Below the pieces are notes generated by a model that saw only the letters and a program-made list of their open reading frames with translations, was not told the DNA's origin and searched no databases. DNA of 64,000 nucleotides from Chlorokybus atmophyticus. Taxonomy: Eukaryota > Plantae > Mesostigma and Chlorokybus algae. Within the stretch, counting starts at the first letter, position 1, and every line of letters begins with the position of its first letter. The stretch spans positions 349,243-413,242 of the forward strand of contig RHPI01001292.1 in assembly GCA_009103225.1 (NCBI GenBank). Reading direction: 5' to 3'. This document shows, one piece after another, positions 49,115-62,478 of the stretch. Position numbers and translations under genes: made by a program.

Positions 49115-52100
49115 ATGGGGAAGAAGCAGCACAGCAAGGACCGCATGTACATCACGAAGACGGAATGGGCGACGGAGTGGGGCGGCCACAAGAACAAAGC
49201 GCGCCTGCCCTTTCAGCGCCTCCCATTCTACTGCTGCGCGTATGTGTCCTGCCATAACTCGTTGTGTTATACATCTCTTAGCTATGGGGTAGTAGCTGAA
49301 AGACCATCACAATAACTTTGCTTACAACGCAGGCTCTCTTTCACACCGTTCGAGGACGCTGTGTGTACCGCCGACGGCACCGTGTTTGAGATCCTGTAAG
49401 CAGTTGGACTTCAATTTTGTTGTTGTCCTACTGTTACAGTGTGTGCTTTGGGGAACTGGCAGTAAGCAATCCTTGTTCATCTTGTCTGTGTGCGTGTTTG
49501 TTGAACTACTGTTACAGAATGTGCTCGGGGACTTGCAGTATGTGCTTATTGTTCATCTTGTCTGTGTGCGTTTGTTATGAAGGAACATTGTGCCATACAT
49601 ACAGAAGTTTAAGAAGCACCCTGTCACTGGCGCACCGCTCAAAGTTCAAGACCTCATTAAGCTGAACTTCCACAAGAATTCAGATGGTGAGTGTTGGGTT
49701 ATTGCCCCTCTTCTCACTCGGTTATGACAAAACTTTCGCTAAATCTCTGCATTTATGGTTTATTGCAGGGGAGTACCACTGCCCAGTGCTTCACAAAGTG
49801 TTCACTGAGTTCACGCACATCGTGGCGGTGCGCACCACGGGCAATGTGTACTGCTACGAGGCAATCCAGCAGCTCTGTCTCAAGACCAAAAACTTCAAGG
49901 ATCTCCTCACAGACGAGCCGTTCATCAAGGCCGACATTATCACACTGCAGGTGTGCACACGTGCGATGGTGCGAGTGTTTGTGTGCACACTTGTGTGCGT
50001 GCATGTGATGTCATGACCAAGTGTGCATATCTCCCTTCTCACAGTTATAAATTTCTCCACACAGGATCCCAATAATCTGGAAACACGAGTGATCTCCAAG
50101 TTTGATCATGTGGAGAAGGGCCTTGAGGTTGAAGATGAAGGTGAGGCCGTGGTAACATGGCTCTGCGAAGCGTGTGTAGTTGTCAGTGGCTTGTTGTTAC
50201 ACCATGTTACCAATTTGCTGTGCAGAGGCTGAGAAGCTGCGCAATGATCCCGCTTACAACATACGCACGAGTGAAGACATGAAGCGCGTGATACAAGCAC
50301 TCGGGACACAAGATGTGCGCATGTGTCCTCATACACAGTTCACACGTACTGCCTTTATGTGTGCTTGACTTGCTTTTCGTGACGTCATCCACCCGCAGGC
50401 AGCAGCTATTGCAGCGCATGGAGGTGGTGGCAAAGCGGCCGAGGCTGAGAGGAGAGCGGCGTTGGCGCTGGCGGAGGAGAGGACGCGCCGGGCCACCGAG
50501 GGTGAGGAAGCCGAGCCCGCGCCCAAGCCTATTCCTCAGAGCATTACTGACATTGCTGCCGCCACCGCTGGGCGAGGCCAACAGGATAAAATCAGAGCCA
50601 TGTCGAATGAGAAGGTGAGATGGCGTGCATTCGAGCATGCGCACATGTGCACGTTTATATCTGGGTGTGTGCGTGCGTGCATGTATCAATGGGTGCGCAT
50701 GTGCATGTGCATACGTGTGCCTGTATGCGCGATATGCAGGTGCATGCGAGTGCGCAGGCATGTTGATGTGTGCTTTATTATGTCATTGACATAACTACTA
50801 TTCCTCTACACAGGCTGCGGCACGGTTAGCTGCTGCTGCGGTGGACCAGGCAGCGGCTGCGCAGGCTGCGGCAGCAGCAGCCAGTGCAAGCAAGACGGTG
50901 AAACAGCGGTACACTACCGGTGCAGTGTCTCGTTCATTCACATCCACGGCCTGTGATGTGGCCACGCAAAACAACCTTGCCGAGCTCAAGGTTTGCCAAT
51001 GCTGAGGTGTTATTATAAACTACCCTTGAGAGAGTTTGCTAACGCTGTTTCCTGGTGGCGTTGACGCACTCAGGTTGAGAAAACCCCCACAAAGAAGGGC
51101 TATGTGCGATTGCACACCACGCATGGCGACATCAACGTTGAGCTGCATTGTGACATTGTAAGTGTTGTTGGATTTGTTAGGTGTTTGCTGTGCTGGATAC
51201 GAACGTTTTGGACCCATGCCTTTGCATATAGGTACCTCGCACATGTGAGAACTTCCTGACCTTATGCGAGGCCGGCTACTATGATGGTGTTGTCTTTCAC
51301 CGCAGCATCAAGAACTTCATGGTTAGTTCTTGCATGCCCTAGCGATGCCGCACACAGCTGGCCTAGCAGGTATCTGTGTTGGACCAACAATTTGCGTACA
51401 GATACAAGGAGGCGATCCAACGGGCACGGGCACAGGGGGCGAGTCGATGTGGAAGCGGGTTGGTCTTTCACTGCAGGCTGATAGTTGTGTCACACCCCGA
51501 GGCTGTTAACATAGTCTTATGAGTTCTTCATTGTGTTGCAGCCTTTCAAGGATGAGTTGAATTCCAAGTTGACGCATTCAGGGCGAGGCGTGTTGAGCAT
51601 GGCCAACTCAGGGCCGCATTCAAATGGCTCGCAATTGTGCGTAGCTTTTCTTTTGCAGCGTCATCATGCTGATCTACATCACACAGTGTTTCTTATCTCT
51701 GTTTACTGTGCATACAGCTTCATCCTCTACAAGTCTGCAAAGCATCTGGACTACAAGCACACGGTGTTTGGGCGTGTCGTGGGTCAAATGGACACTCTGT
51801 CCACGATGGAGAAAGTACCTGTGGACAAGAATGACAAGCCTTCAGTACGTAGATGGCTTCATCATTATGGTGCACCTTCCATGCATAGTGATGACCTTGT
51901 TGTATGGCTCACTCTGTCATGCAGGAGGAGATAAAGATTGAGAGTGTCACGGTGTTTGTCAACCCGTATACAGAAGAGGAGGAAGCAGAGGAGCCCGCTA
52001 CTACGGCTGCCCCTGCATCAGATGCCGCTGATGTATGCACAAGACTTGTGAAGCTCTTTTGTAATACATGGCATTATGACGCATATTCTACTGACGTCAT

Positions 52101-52402
52101 TGTGTTGGTTGCAGGAGGAGAGGGGCCAGTGGTACAGCAACCCTGCTCCTGCCCACAATGTGCAGCCCGTGCGTGCAGGCATAGGTGGGTGAATGTCCTT
52201 TCCATCGTGTTGTATGTGACTTTTCTTTGATGAGTGAATAGTCTATAATAGTCTCCTTACTGTGCTGTGTGCAGGCAAATACATAGGATCCACCACGTCA
52301 CAGGCGTCTGCCTCTAGGCCTAGTGCAGATGAGGGTGCACCAGCAGCTAAGAAAGCCAAAACAACACCTGCTAAAACAGCGTGGAACTTCTCTAGTTGGT
52401 AA
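49115..52402 (+). CDS. PPIL2: U-box/RING plus cyclophilin peptidyl-prolyl isomerase-like 2 (PUB49/CYP65-like)
   Basis: [18 protein letters not shown]...[74 protein letters not shown]...[40 protein letters not shown] and [13 protein letters not shown]. Stop TAA at 52400-52402. Confidence 0.96.
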
Positions 52403-54880
52403 CCATGTACTGCAACGTGTACATAGTCAGGTATTTAGCATAAGCAGTGTGGCTCTTACATCGTGCAGGTTTTGCTGCGCGCAAGCTAGCCATATTCTCA
52501 CAACCATTTTCCCATTGTTGCCTTGAGCACTCTCCCAGCATTGGTGGTCTATGTGGTCTTCCATTATTTTCCATGCCCAGTTGGCATGTGCAACGCAACA
52601 TTCTGCCTCGCCTTGACTTTCTTGGGGCGCAATGGACCAGCACGAGCGCATACTACCTGCACCTCGCCGATGCATTGCACATGGGCAATAGTGCTAGTTA
52701 GTGAAGTGAGTAGCCCGGTGGTTGGATGTGTACGGGGTGCTACATCATTCATGCTGGCGCAAGCAATGTTGTGTGTGCGTGTATGGGCATGGCTGCATAT
52801 CAATTGCCTGAACGCTGGGTCTTTGTGTGATAGAGGGAGGTTGAATATGCCTACATGGTGTGGCTGTTGTGTTGCACTTTGCATGCCGCCTATGACATGC
52901 ATGTGCCAACCCTGTTACTCTTTATACACATGCTTGGCTGAGAGAGTTGAAATAGAAACACAAAGCTACATCCCCGGCAAGTGGTTTTGCTGAGCACTTT
53001 GCCTTGGTGATGTAGTGGCTTCGGAATTTATCTCATTTCAAGGAAAAGAGCCACAGGGTTGCAATATGCAAGCCATTACATCAATGGCATTTAACTAGGC
53101 GCATATTATGTTATGATGTGGCTCTACTAACTTGAGTATGGATAAATTGCTCCAAAGTGTGGCTCTTCAAGGAGGTAAATTCAGTTTGTTTCCATTTTCA
53201 AGCCAACAAGCAAAAATTAGCCAGTAATTGGAACACGGCCCCCGCCGTACATCTATGCTTGTTATCTGCTGCCTTGCTTGCTTGCTGCCATGTTTGAATG
53301 ATAGTGTTGAGTTGATAAAGTTGCATGTACTACCATACCTTATATACATGCTTAATGATAGACTAGTAAAGCCTGTTGAAGGGATGCTACTGGCACAGCT
53401 TTTCGTAATCTTGAACACATGTTCAACTGCATGTGTGCATTGGGTTTTGCAGTGTCGCATCATCAACATGCAAATTGCGGACGTACCTTGGCATGTCTTG
53501 ACCTGCAACACCATCATAGCTAATGTTGTTCCTATTTTGTGTTTGTGTCCTTTACCCCTGTCGTGATTTTGGGCTTATTTATAGCCTAAATGCAAAGCAA
53601 TAATGGATAGCAAGCAATGCAGACCACTGTTTGTGACAACCACAGCTAAGGTAGGGGCAATGCAAGACTATGTGCAATAATATAGTCTAATTGTATAATG
53701 TATGGCATTTGCATGCAATGGACAACGAACAACTACCACATACATCTCTGTATGCAAATGGTGCTGAGGGACTGAGGTAGCAGTAGGCAGCAGGCATGCA
53801 GTAGACTACTAGCACCCAATTAATCTCTAGCAACAACGCTGGAGGTTGAACTCAAGTCCTCCCGCAGCAGCAAGCAGGCAGGCAAGCAAAGTAGCAGCAA
53901 TGGGGCGAAGGGCGAAGGGTGCGGTGCTGTATGGTTGCGACTATGTTGTTATTGATCGTATAAGGCATATTTACATGTTTTCCGTCAGGTACTATAGCAA
54001 TGTCTTCGAAGATATTTTGGCCTGCATGTATTTTACAAGTATGCGATATGCTGGTTGACTTAACAGAATTAAATAACAGTTATTACAAGTAAACGTAGTT
54101 AAAAACGTGGTAATATTCGGTTGTAGTCCAATTTGATTTGCATGCAATAGACGTACTGGAGTAACTCGTACGTTACAACTGAGAAAGTACCTTGAAAGGC
54201 TTAAGTTGTGGTGTTACTGAAATATTTTGGACATTAACAACACCAACATTAGTGCAATCCAATTTGTGATGTTACTTGCAAAAGATTGAATTGAAACAAT
54301 TGTAATGTTGAGTGTGCGTTGTAACGTATGTGTCAATACGGTAATCTTGGCCAGACTTTACAACCATTCCACCGTGCAATGCTTGTAAAGTGCACGGCTT
54401 TGACCTACCAGGTACACAGCAGCACAAAAACGTTATACAAGTACATCAAGTTGAAGAGAACATGGCCTCGATGTGATTGTTATTCATGTCTAAATCCTCA
54501 CAGGCGGCCTGTCACTGAACTTGTCAAGTCCCTGAAGTCGGCGAATTGTCAGTTGCAGGCTATAGTCACGCGTGAGGACCACTGCATTCCAATGCCAATT
54601 GTCCCTAATGCAAGACGCGCGGTATGCAGACAAATTCAAACGCATGCTGCTCCGGTGATCGCCGCGGCCGCCGGCGCTGCCGCCTCCTCTTCCTCCGTGG
54701 CGGCATAGCTGGCCTGGTCGCCGTGCTCGACGGCCCCATCTCTCCATGTCCCGCTGCTCTGGCTTCCAATGAGCAGCTCATGGCGGCGGAGGCAACCGAA
54801 GCAGGACCCGGATGAGTTGAAGGTGAACGAGGTGTTGGTGAAGGAGGTGGAGGAGCAGGTGGAGGAGGAGCAGGAGCACA

Positions 54881-56408
54881 ATGGGGTGCAGCAGGAGTAA
54901 GCATGCTGACGGCGAGGATCACGATGGGGAACCTGCTGAGGGCGAGGAGCTTGAGCTTGAGAGGTTCTGCGGGAAGTGGTACGTGGTGGGTTCAACGCTG
55001 CCACTGTGGAGGGAGAACATGCGGCCAGCTATGGAGTACACACTGCTGCAGGGCGGCGGTGGTCGTCGCCTCAGGGACGAGGTGACCTACATGGCCCCCG
55101 GCAAGGCCGCCCTCAACCGCGTTCTGGGCGTGGACACCGTCGTGGGGCGAGGAGCCTTCGTGTGGAGAGGCGCAGGGCTGCTACGCCTCGTCTCGTCACG
55201 ATGGAGAGTAGCCTACCTGGACCCAGAGTACAGATGGGCGATCTCATCCTTTCAGGTAGGTGTGCATGTTGGTCGGGGGGGTGGGGGGGTGGGCATGCAC
55301 ACGCACTTGTGTGCATGTGTGCGTGCGTGCATGTGCATGTGCATTCTAGTGTAGTGGTGTCAAGTGTGCATGCAGTCTCAAGTGCATGCTTGTAAAAGTC
55401 TGTGCATTGCGCCTCATGCTGTGTATGCCAAGTTCAGTGTACATACGGGCAGCATGTACGACTACTACTACTGCTGCTGCAGCAGCGTATGCTGCAAGCT
55501 ACCATGACAGTAGTAAAGCTTGTCTTCAGCAGCACTGACCAAGCTATCCAATTTGCTAGCCGAGCCCAATGCCAGCATGTACGCCTGTACACACATGGAC
55601 ATGCACATTGACAGAAGCAACTGAAGCAAGCTTCCATACTTGCCAGCGTTTTGACAATACAAAGACAGCATGACTTTATCCATCATACCTACATGCAGCT
55701 TATAGCGGTACACATCCGCATTGGTCGGTGACAGCAATCAATTCAACAATACACAAACTGTGCATGTTACCCCCCGGCGCGCCATGGCTAGTGTACATAA
55801 CCATTTGTCCCTGGCAGAAAACCTTGTTCACGCCTCGCGGTGTGGACATCATAGCGCGCGAGCCGCACATGCCGCAGGACCTGTACAACGCGCTGGTGCA
55901 GAAACTGCGCGACGACCCGCATTTGAGCTTCATGGCTGAAGACATGTTCCGGCCTCAGCAGGGCGAACTTGGCGTTGTGACCACCATCGCAGAGGTACAC
56001 ACATGCACACACACAGAAGGAGGCACGCACACGCACATGCACACACGTACGCATGCACATGTATTTTGTGACCCGTTGCTGTGTCCTTTGCAACACGTTT
56101 CTGGTTACGCATGTACACACACAACCTTGTATAAATGTGGCGAGATGTTGTGTCGAATTCAAAAACTCGTGTCTATTCAGGGCGACGAGAACGTGTCAGG
56201 TGGCAACACGCCCGTGGCGCGGTTCTCAACGGAAGAGAAGGGCAAAGAGGCGGCTGAGCCCACGCCTGAGCCGTCTCCGCGGCATCCGCACACAAGCACT
56301 CAACCCACAAGCCAACATCCACCACCCGCCTCGGCCGCCTCCCAACCGCGCGCAAGCCGGTTCTCTGCGAGCACAAGCGAGATCACACCTGAGATGCCAC
56401 CATTGTGA
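54881..56408 (+). CDS. Lipocalin/calycin-like protein of the fungal/bacterial type, with an N-terminal MGCSRSK motif and a Pro/Ser-rich tail; exons 54881-55255, 55818-55994, 56181-56408
   Basis: GKWYVVGSTLPLW (lipocalin G-x-W), GVDT, WRGAGLL, SSRWRV, WAISSFQ|KTLFTPRGVDI, joined by phase-0 GT-AG introns. The start codon is uncertain. Confidence 0.75.
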
Positions 56409-57349
56409 CAAAGTGGGCTCGCCGCAGGCTGTGCTTGCAGGATTTTAGTCTGAAGGGTGAGGGCTTCATGTGGGGCTATGCACTGGTTTTGTACAGTAAG
56501 GTGGGATCTTACTGGCCAGAACTCACTGTTGGGTTACTTTGACAGGGTCGCCCACGTTGGTTCTTGCCAGCTTAGATAGAGTTGTACCTACGAAGGGGAC
56601 TTAGAAGGTGTCATTGAATGTGCAATTGGCTAGCTAGTGCCTTGCGTAGGTGTTTAGTTGATACGTGAGTGGCAGCAAACAGCTGCGGTTGTTAGATTGG
56701 GAAGCGGCGTTTCATGTGCGGGGAGAGAGTTTCTGCGATTAGTGCAGGTGTTTTGGTATTAGTGCGGAAACATCAGAGGGATTACTTGTCTTGTCTGCTT
56801 GTCGCATCACATTTGCGCGAAACAGCTGTTAATGTCAATGTCGCTGTGTACAGAAACGCACCTGATGCATGTAACATGCACGAGTGTGAGTCTTCTCTAT
56901 GACTGCATGCATGAGGCCTACATTAAGATCAGATACAGACGCAATGCTTGTGCTGGAACCATATCACAATGCATCACAGCCTGCTGATGCTTTGCTTAGA
57001 CCGGCCAAGACAGGACTCAATGAGAGTACTATGCAATTGACATTATGGTGTTCAAGTCATTCCCAACAACCGCGATGTGGCTGTATTTGTAGTCAATACC
57101 AAAAATGTTGGTAACTTTTATTTGTGTGGTGCACTGAAACTGGTGTACTCAAACAAAAAGGGAAAAAATTATTTCATCGTTTGTACTGTGTTGGCCTGGC
57201 CAGGTTGCCAGTCACAATGAACAGCACACATCACGCACGCCACTACTCTACATCACACCACTATGCTACATTACACTAATTACACGCGGCTAATCAGCCT
57301 ATATCAGCTACACTATGTTACAGTACCCGGTTGTGTGACCTGCAGTCAG

Positions 57350-60200
57350 CTACAGGCCTATCTCCAGTCCCGGCTGTGCATCTTGAATCTTGCACAGCAA
57401 GCGATCCTGAGCGTAAGGCAGACGGTTGTACCCCATGTGCACAAACTGGAGTGTGCGGCAGGCCTGTACGTGATCCACACAAGAGTTAAAATGTTGACTG
57501 CTTGCACCAAAGCTGCCATTGCAGCAATGGCTCATTACAACAAAGATTTGGTTATTGACAGTAGATGCTTACCCGAATGGACTCCAGGAGGAAGCGAGCG
57601 TCCTGTATGTTGTTATTGCGCACGTCCAAGTGCGTGAGTGAGGCACTTTGCCGAACACCATGTGCAAGTGCTGTGCCACCTGCAAAGATACTCGCCATCA
57701 CCTCCTGTGTGTATGCTACAGTGGCACTACCTCAGCTGCATGGCTCGTACTCACCGTGCGGTCCAAGCATGCAGTTTGCAACGTCGAGTGTTGCCAACGG
57801 CAATTGCGGATATGCCAATGCGGCTGCAAGGGAGCGAGCAGTGCGCAGAGAAGCATAGTTGTTGGCCATAAGCAGGGCGCGCACAGGTGGCGGTGTCGTG
57901 AACCCATCATCCTCATCAGCGTCACCGTCTTCATCGTCACTAACTTCACTGACCACTTCTTCATGGATCAGACTGAGCGGCAACAATGCGTCCACGATGT
58001 GTGCACACGCACAGTCACTAAGTCCGTTCCGTGCTACATCTAGCACCTGCAAGTCACCAGCACATGCTCAGTAACAAACAACCCATCCCAGAACATTTGC
58101 AGGCAACGCGTTCGCCATACCTCAATGCAGTTGCAGTTGCGAAGAGCCACTGCCAGGCTCGCAGCTCCAATGTCCCCCATCATCACTTTGGCCAGCGATA
58201 GCTGAACCAGGTGTGGTGCTTCAGGGAGATGCAGGGCCAGGACAGTCACTCCAGCTGCGCCCAAGGCGTTGCCTGCGCAACGGGCATTGAGGCTGTTATA
58301 TACAACGCAATGCAACAGCCTTGAAGAAGGTGATTCAAGACACTGTTGGGGGGCTTACCACAGAGGGACAGGTGCTGGATAGCTGTATTGGGCAAAGCAG
58401 CACTCAGCGATGCAGCACCGTGCTCGTGAATATTGTTGCAATCCAAGGAAAGGGTTCGCAATGACGTGGCATGAGGCAAAGCGTCCGCAATGATGGCAGC
58501 ACTGTCATCACTGCACCAAGAAGACAACAATGTCAGGACACGTGTTGTTTGCTAGCATGGCACAAGTCATGTGGCACATACTCGAGTTCAGCACTGTCCA
58601 CCCGCAGTTCACGCAGCATGGAGCAGCTGCTAAGCACCTGCACACTCAGCACCATCAGCTTGGGCAAAGAACACACGACCGACAGTGTCACGTGGCAGGT
58701 ACAAGCATCACATTGACATCACCAACACGGACCCGCGCAACGGCAGAGGCGCCTTCCTTGCTGATAGGGTTTTCTGACAATCGTAAAGCTTCCAAGGAGG
58801 AGTGGTCAACCAAAGCACTCAATATTATGTGTGTGGTTTCACAAGTCAGCCTGGAGACAAACATAGAACGGTCTGGTGACACACACATCATTGTTGATCA
58901 AACATGGACTGTGTGTCTGCCTGCTTTGAGTTTGGATGCAAAGAGAGCAGCTTACTTGTTGCAATGAAGCGTGAGGATGCGCAGGTCTGTGTTTTCACGA
59001 ACGACACGTGCAAGGGCCAGGGCATCAGCGCGTAGAAGCATGCGAAAGCGCCACGTAAGCTCTTCACAGGTACCAAGTGCAGCTCCAGGCACGGCTGCTG
59101 TAGCCTCGCCTTCGTCGCTAGCGTCCACATGGCTGAGACTGTCCTCGTCCGCAGTAGGAAATGTCACACGGTGGGATGAGATTAGGCGCTCGCGATAGTA
59201 GTTGTTACGCGTGTCGGCTGCACGCCACGTTAATGTTCAGCGTGCACATACTTGACTTGCGAGCTGAACTCCAACTGCTTGTCAACTCTTGCTTACGTGT
59301 TTCGGGGCGCAGGACATCAACCACATCATGTGGCCTCTCGTCGTCATCGTCGTGGTCATCAACAATGCTATACTCAGCCATGTGTGTATGCTCCACCTTA
59401 TCAGCAAGGCGCTTGACATCAGCACTGTCGAAGCTGCTGCCGTTAACGCCGGCATCGTCAATATCATCAATGATATGAGATTCACGCTGGGCGACAATTC
59501 CGCCATCAACGGTATCTGCATCATATGGGATGCTCTTGGCTTTTTGTAATGAATCGATGGCCCGCCTGTACACAAAGCCCAAAGAGGGCATCAGCAAACA
59601 AAGGAGCCTCCCATTAAGACAACTACAAATGTAAGCGTTGGCCATACATCGTCAGCCAACTGTAGCCACTACTGTAAGGGCAGATTTGTTCAAGCCATGG
59701 GTACCAGCACTAAGCCGTTACTCTGCTTGCTCGTCCTTGTGAACGAACCTGTCACAATCAGGTGCACGGGTTCGGGTTTGGACTTGACGTAACGACAAAC
59801 ATATGTACAGCATGTGTGAACCAACCGTACGACAAAACCAAACCTCCCAACAAATCTGCGCATTAGCAACCTGTGCTGCTACCAATACTACAACTGGAGT
59901 TGCAGAATCACCAGATAAAGGTGCGCTGAGCCAAGCAAGGGCTTCTAAACTTAACACGCATTCCACTATATCTGTTGTACACACGCGCACTTAAACACTC
60001 ACAGACCTGAGCAGCTTCCTGGGGCCGAGCAGAGTGACACCCAAGTCAGTCTTGATCTCCTCGTCCGTGAGATGGAGGAGGCAGGCGCCGTCAACCTGTT
60101 GGCAGCGGAACGCCGCTGCGTATGGCCGCAAGCCCGGGCCCAGCCTGCTCACCCACGCCGCCACGTCCTCCGCCTCCCACGCCTCCGCCACCCCCGCCAT
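57350..60200 (-). CDS. SAM-domain plus ribonuclease-inhibitor-like leucine-rich-repeat protein; may extend upstream
   Basis: SAM: WEAEDVAAWVSRLGPGLRPYAAAFRCQQVDGACLLHLTDEEIKTDLGVTLLGPRKLL. LRRs: LEALRLSENPISKEGASAVA, LRTLSLDCNNIHEHGAASLS, LVQLSLAKVMMGDIGAASLA, LATLDVANCMLGPHG and LTHLDVRNN. Stop at 57350-57352. Confidence 0.8.
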
Positions 60201-60490
60201 GACCCCCCCGCCCAACCCCAGGGCCAAGCTTAAGCAGCAGCAGTGTCAGCTTGAAAAGCAGCTTGCTAACTAAAGCTACGCGTCGTTGTTGCAACCTATT
60301 GACACATTGCAAGGGGTAAATGCAGTCCGTTGGCTCGGCTCTAACAGTCAGGTGGAGGCTGGTTGTCAGCCGTCCGATGGAAACCCTCGCCTGAGCCGCG
60401 TCGCATCGGACGGTCGCAAATAGTATAAGCATGCTTGGGGGCCTGCGCCTGTTTAGTTTGTTGGCATTGTCGGCGTGGCCTTCGTCAGCA

Positions 60491-60527
<37 letters not shown>

Positions 60528-60783
60528 TGGTGTTGGGGACGTAGTCGCTGCTGCTGTTGAACAAGGCGCTTGCTAGACTGCTGGACGAAAAGCGGCGGTG
60601 CGGACGTTTGAGGCGGTACTTTTGCTGGAAGTTTTGCATTTTCAGAGGGAGGGGACGGTGCAAGCAGCGAGGCGTTGCAGCTGCGAGAAGCGTCTGTGGA
60701 GTGGCAGGCCTAGTGAAGCGGAGCGTTGAGGGGTTTTGCTACCCGCTGCCCGTGCGGAGGTGAGGAGGCCGTAGCGTAGCGGG

Positions 60784-61106
60784 ATGGAGGCCGCAGATGT
60801 TGTCATCAAGCCCGTAAAGAGCTTTGCCAAGGACAGCTATCGACTTGTCAAGCGGTGTACCAAGCCGGACAGAAAAGGTAAATGACTTGCACTGTGTTGA
60901 ACGAGTGTGAAGCCATGTGCATGCTTGTCCTGTATTTTTTGTTGGTACAATGGCTGAAGCACATTTTGTTGGTTTGTTGTGCAGAGTTTACGAAAATCGC
61001 CTTCAGGACAGCCATTGGTTTCGTTGTCATGGGCTTCATTGGTTTCTTCGTCAAGCTGATCTTCATACCCATCAACAATATCATTGTTGGCGGTGGCGCC
61101 AGCTGA
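60784..61106 (+). CDS. SEC61G: Protein transport protein Sec61 subunit gamma; exons 60784-60877 and 60985-61106
   Basis: [31 protein letters not shown]|[40 protein letters not shown]. Confidence 0.98.
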
Positions 61107-62478
61107 GTGCGATGCAGGCAGTGATTCTGGACACAAGGCAGCATTGGCATTGCAGCCGCAATGGCCCATTGGAGTCACTGTTACTCACCGCCTCCATGTC
61201 GAGAGTGTGGGTTTGCTGGAGTTGAGAGGCGGAGCTGTCTGTCGTTGCATGCTTAGGACCTTGTTGACTGCAGCTCAAGTGTTGTGTTTGCTGTATCCGA
61301 TACTTCTGGCGACATGTTGCGGACAAACTGAGTGTTGCGAGGTGCCCAGCATCTACATATTGCATAGTTCCAGATAAACTAGAATGCGTGCAGCAGATGT
61401 GTTGTGCTGTGAGCGATTACTCGCGTCAAGGAGGGAATTCTGGCTCGTACGCAGTGGTGTATGTGGAGGTGCGTTCAGGCCACTGCTGCGCTGCACATTC
61501 GTATCTGCAATCTATTTGCGACTTCCCGGCTCACCAAGGGCGTTGCAAACACTTATGCATATACGGGTTGCATGTGCAGTTGTCCCTGAGGGCCCATGTT
61601 TGCGCTTATGGAATGGCCTTGACCTCTGTGAGTTACTGATACTCGCAGCCGCTGCATATGCCAGTCATAAAGGCACGTACAGTAGTCCACATGCTGTCGC
61701 TGGTGTGATACCTTGCATGCGCTCATAGCAGCTTACCCTCCAAATTCATACATCACTTGCATTTTCTGGACATACAGGTGAATGCGAGTTGATGAGTTGG
61801 CGTGTGCCATGTGAGCGGTGTGACTTGCATGTGTGCAATCCACCTTGCACATTTGTACGGAAGTGGCTTTTCAGTGAAGCCTTCACTAAACGTCCACTAA
61901 TGGGTGCATGGGGTATCACGGTACATGCAGAAGTAAGTGAGAGAATTGCAAGTAGCGCAGCAAAGACAAAGCTTCCAATTTGGCCACGGGGTGCAGCTTA
62001 CAACTACTTTCAAAACTCACACTAAACCCACTACCCTACGTGCATGCGTGAATACGTACAAAAGATGTTATGCCTCATAGGTTGCATGCAAGGGGTGTGT
62101 GCAGCAGTGGAAGCGCGGTGCAGGCAGCGGACATGGACAAGTGGACAACATGCGGCACAGGATGGAGGGAAGGAAAGGGGCACGTCAGTCCTGCTGCATG
62201 TTGTTGGGTTTGCCAACCAATTTTGTGCGAGGACATCATACCTCATTGTTATACCATATACTCAGCTGCAAACAATGGCGACCCAGTATGACTATCACTA
62301 TGTTACCAACATCACACCTTAGCAGGTGGACCAGGGTGATGCGCCAGCAAAGAAGCTGACAAAGCCAGAAGCTCTTTGAATGTATACGGCGGGCAATGTC
62401 TAACCAGGCTGTACAACAACAAAATGCAGTATATACAACTGTAACAGTTTCTACCTACACGCACGCATCTACTCCTAT

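Noticed and set aside
60091-60663. Asp-rich 190-aa ORF as an independent gene or first exon of the SAM-LRR gene
   Set aside because: Low complexity (GAC repeats), and no convincing in-frame splice to the SAM exon was found; left unresolved.
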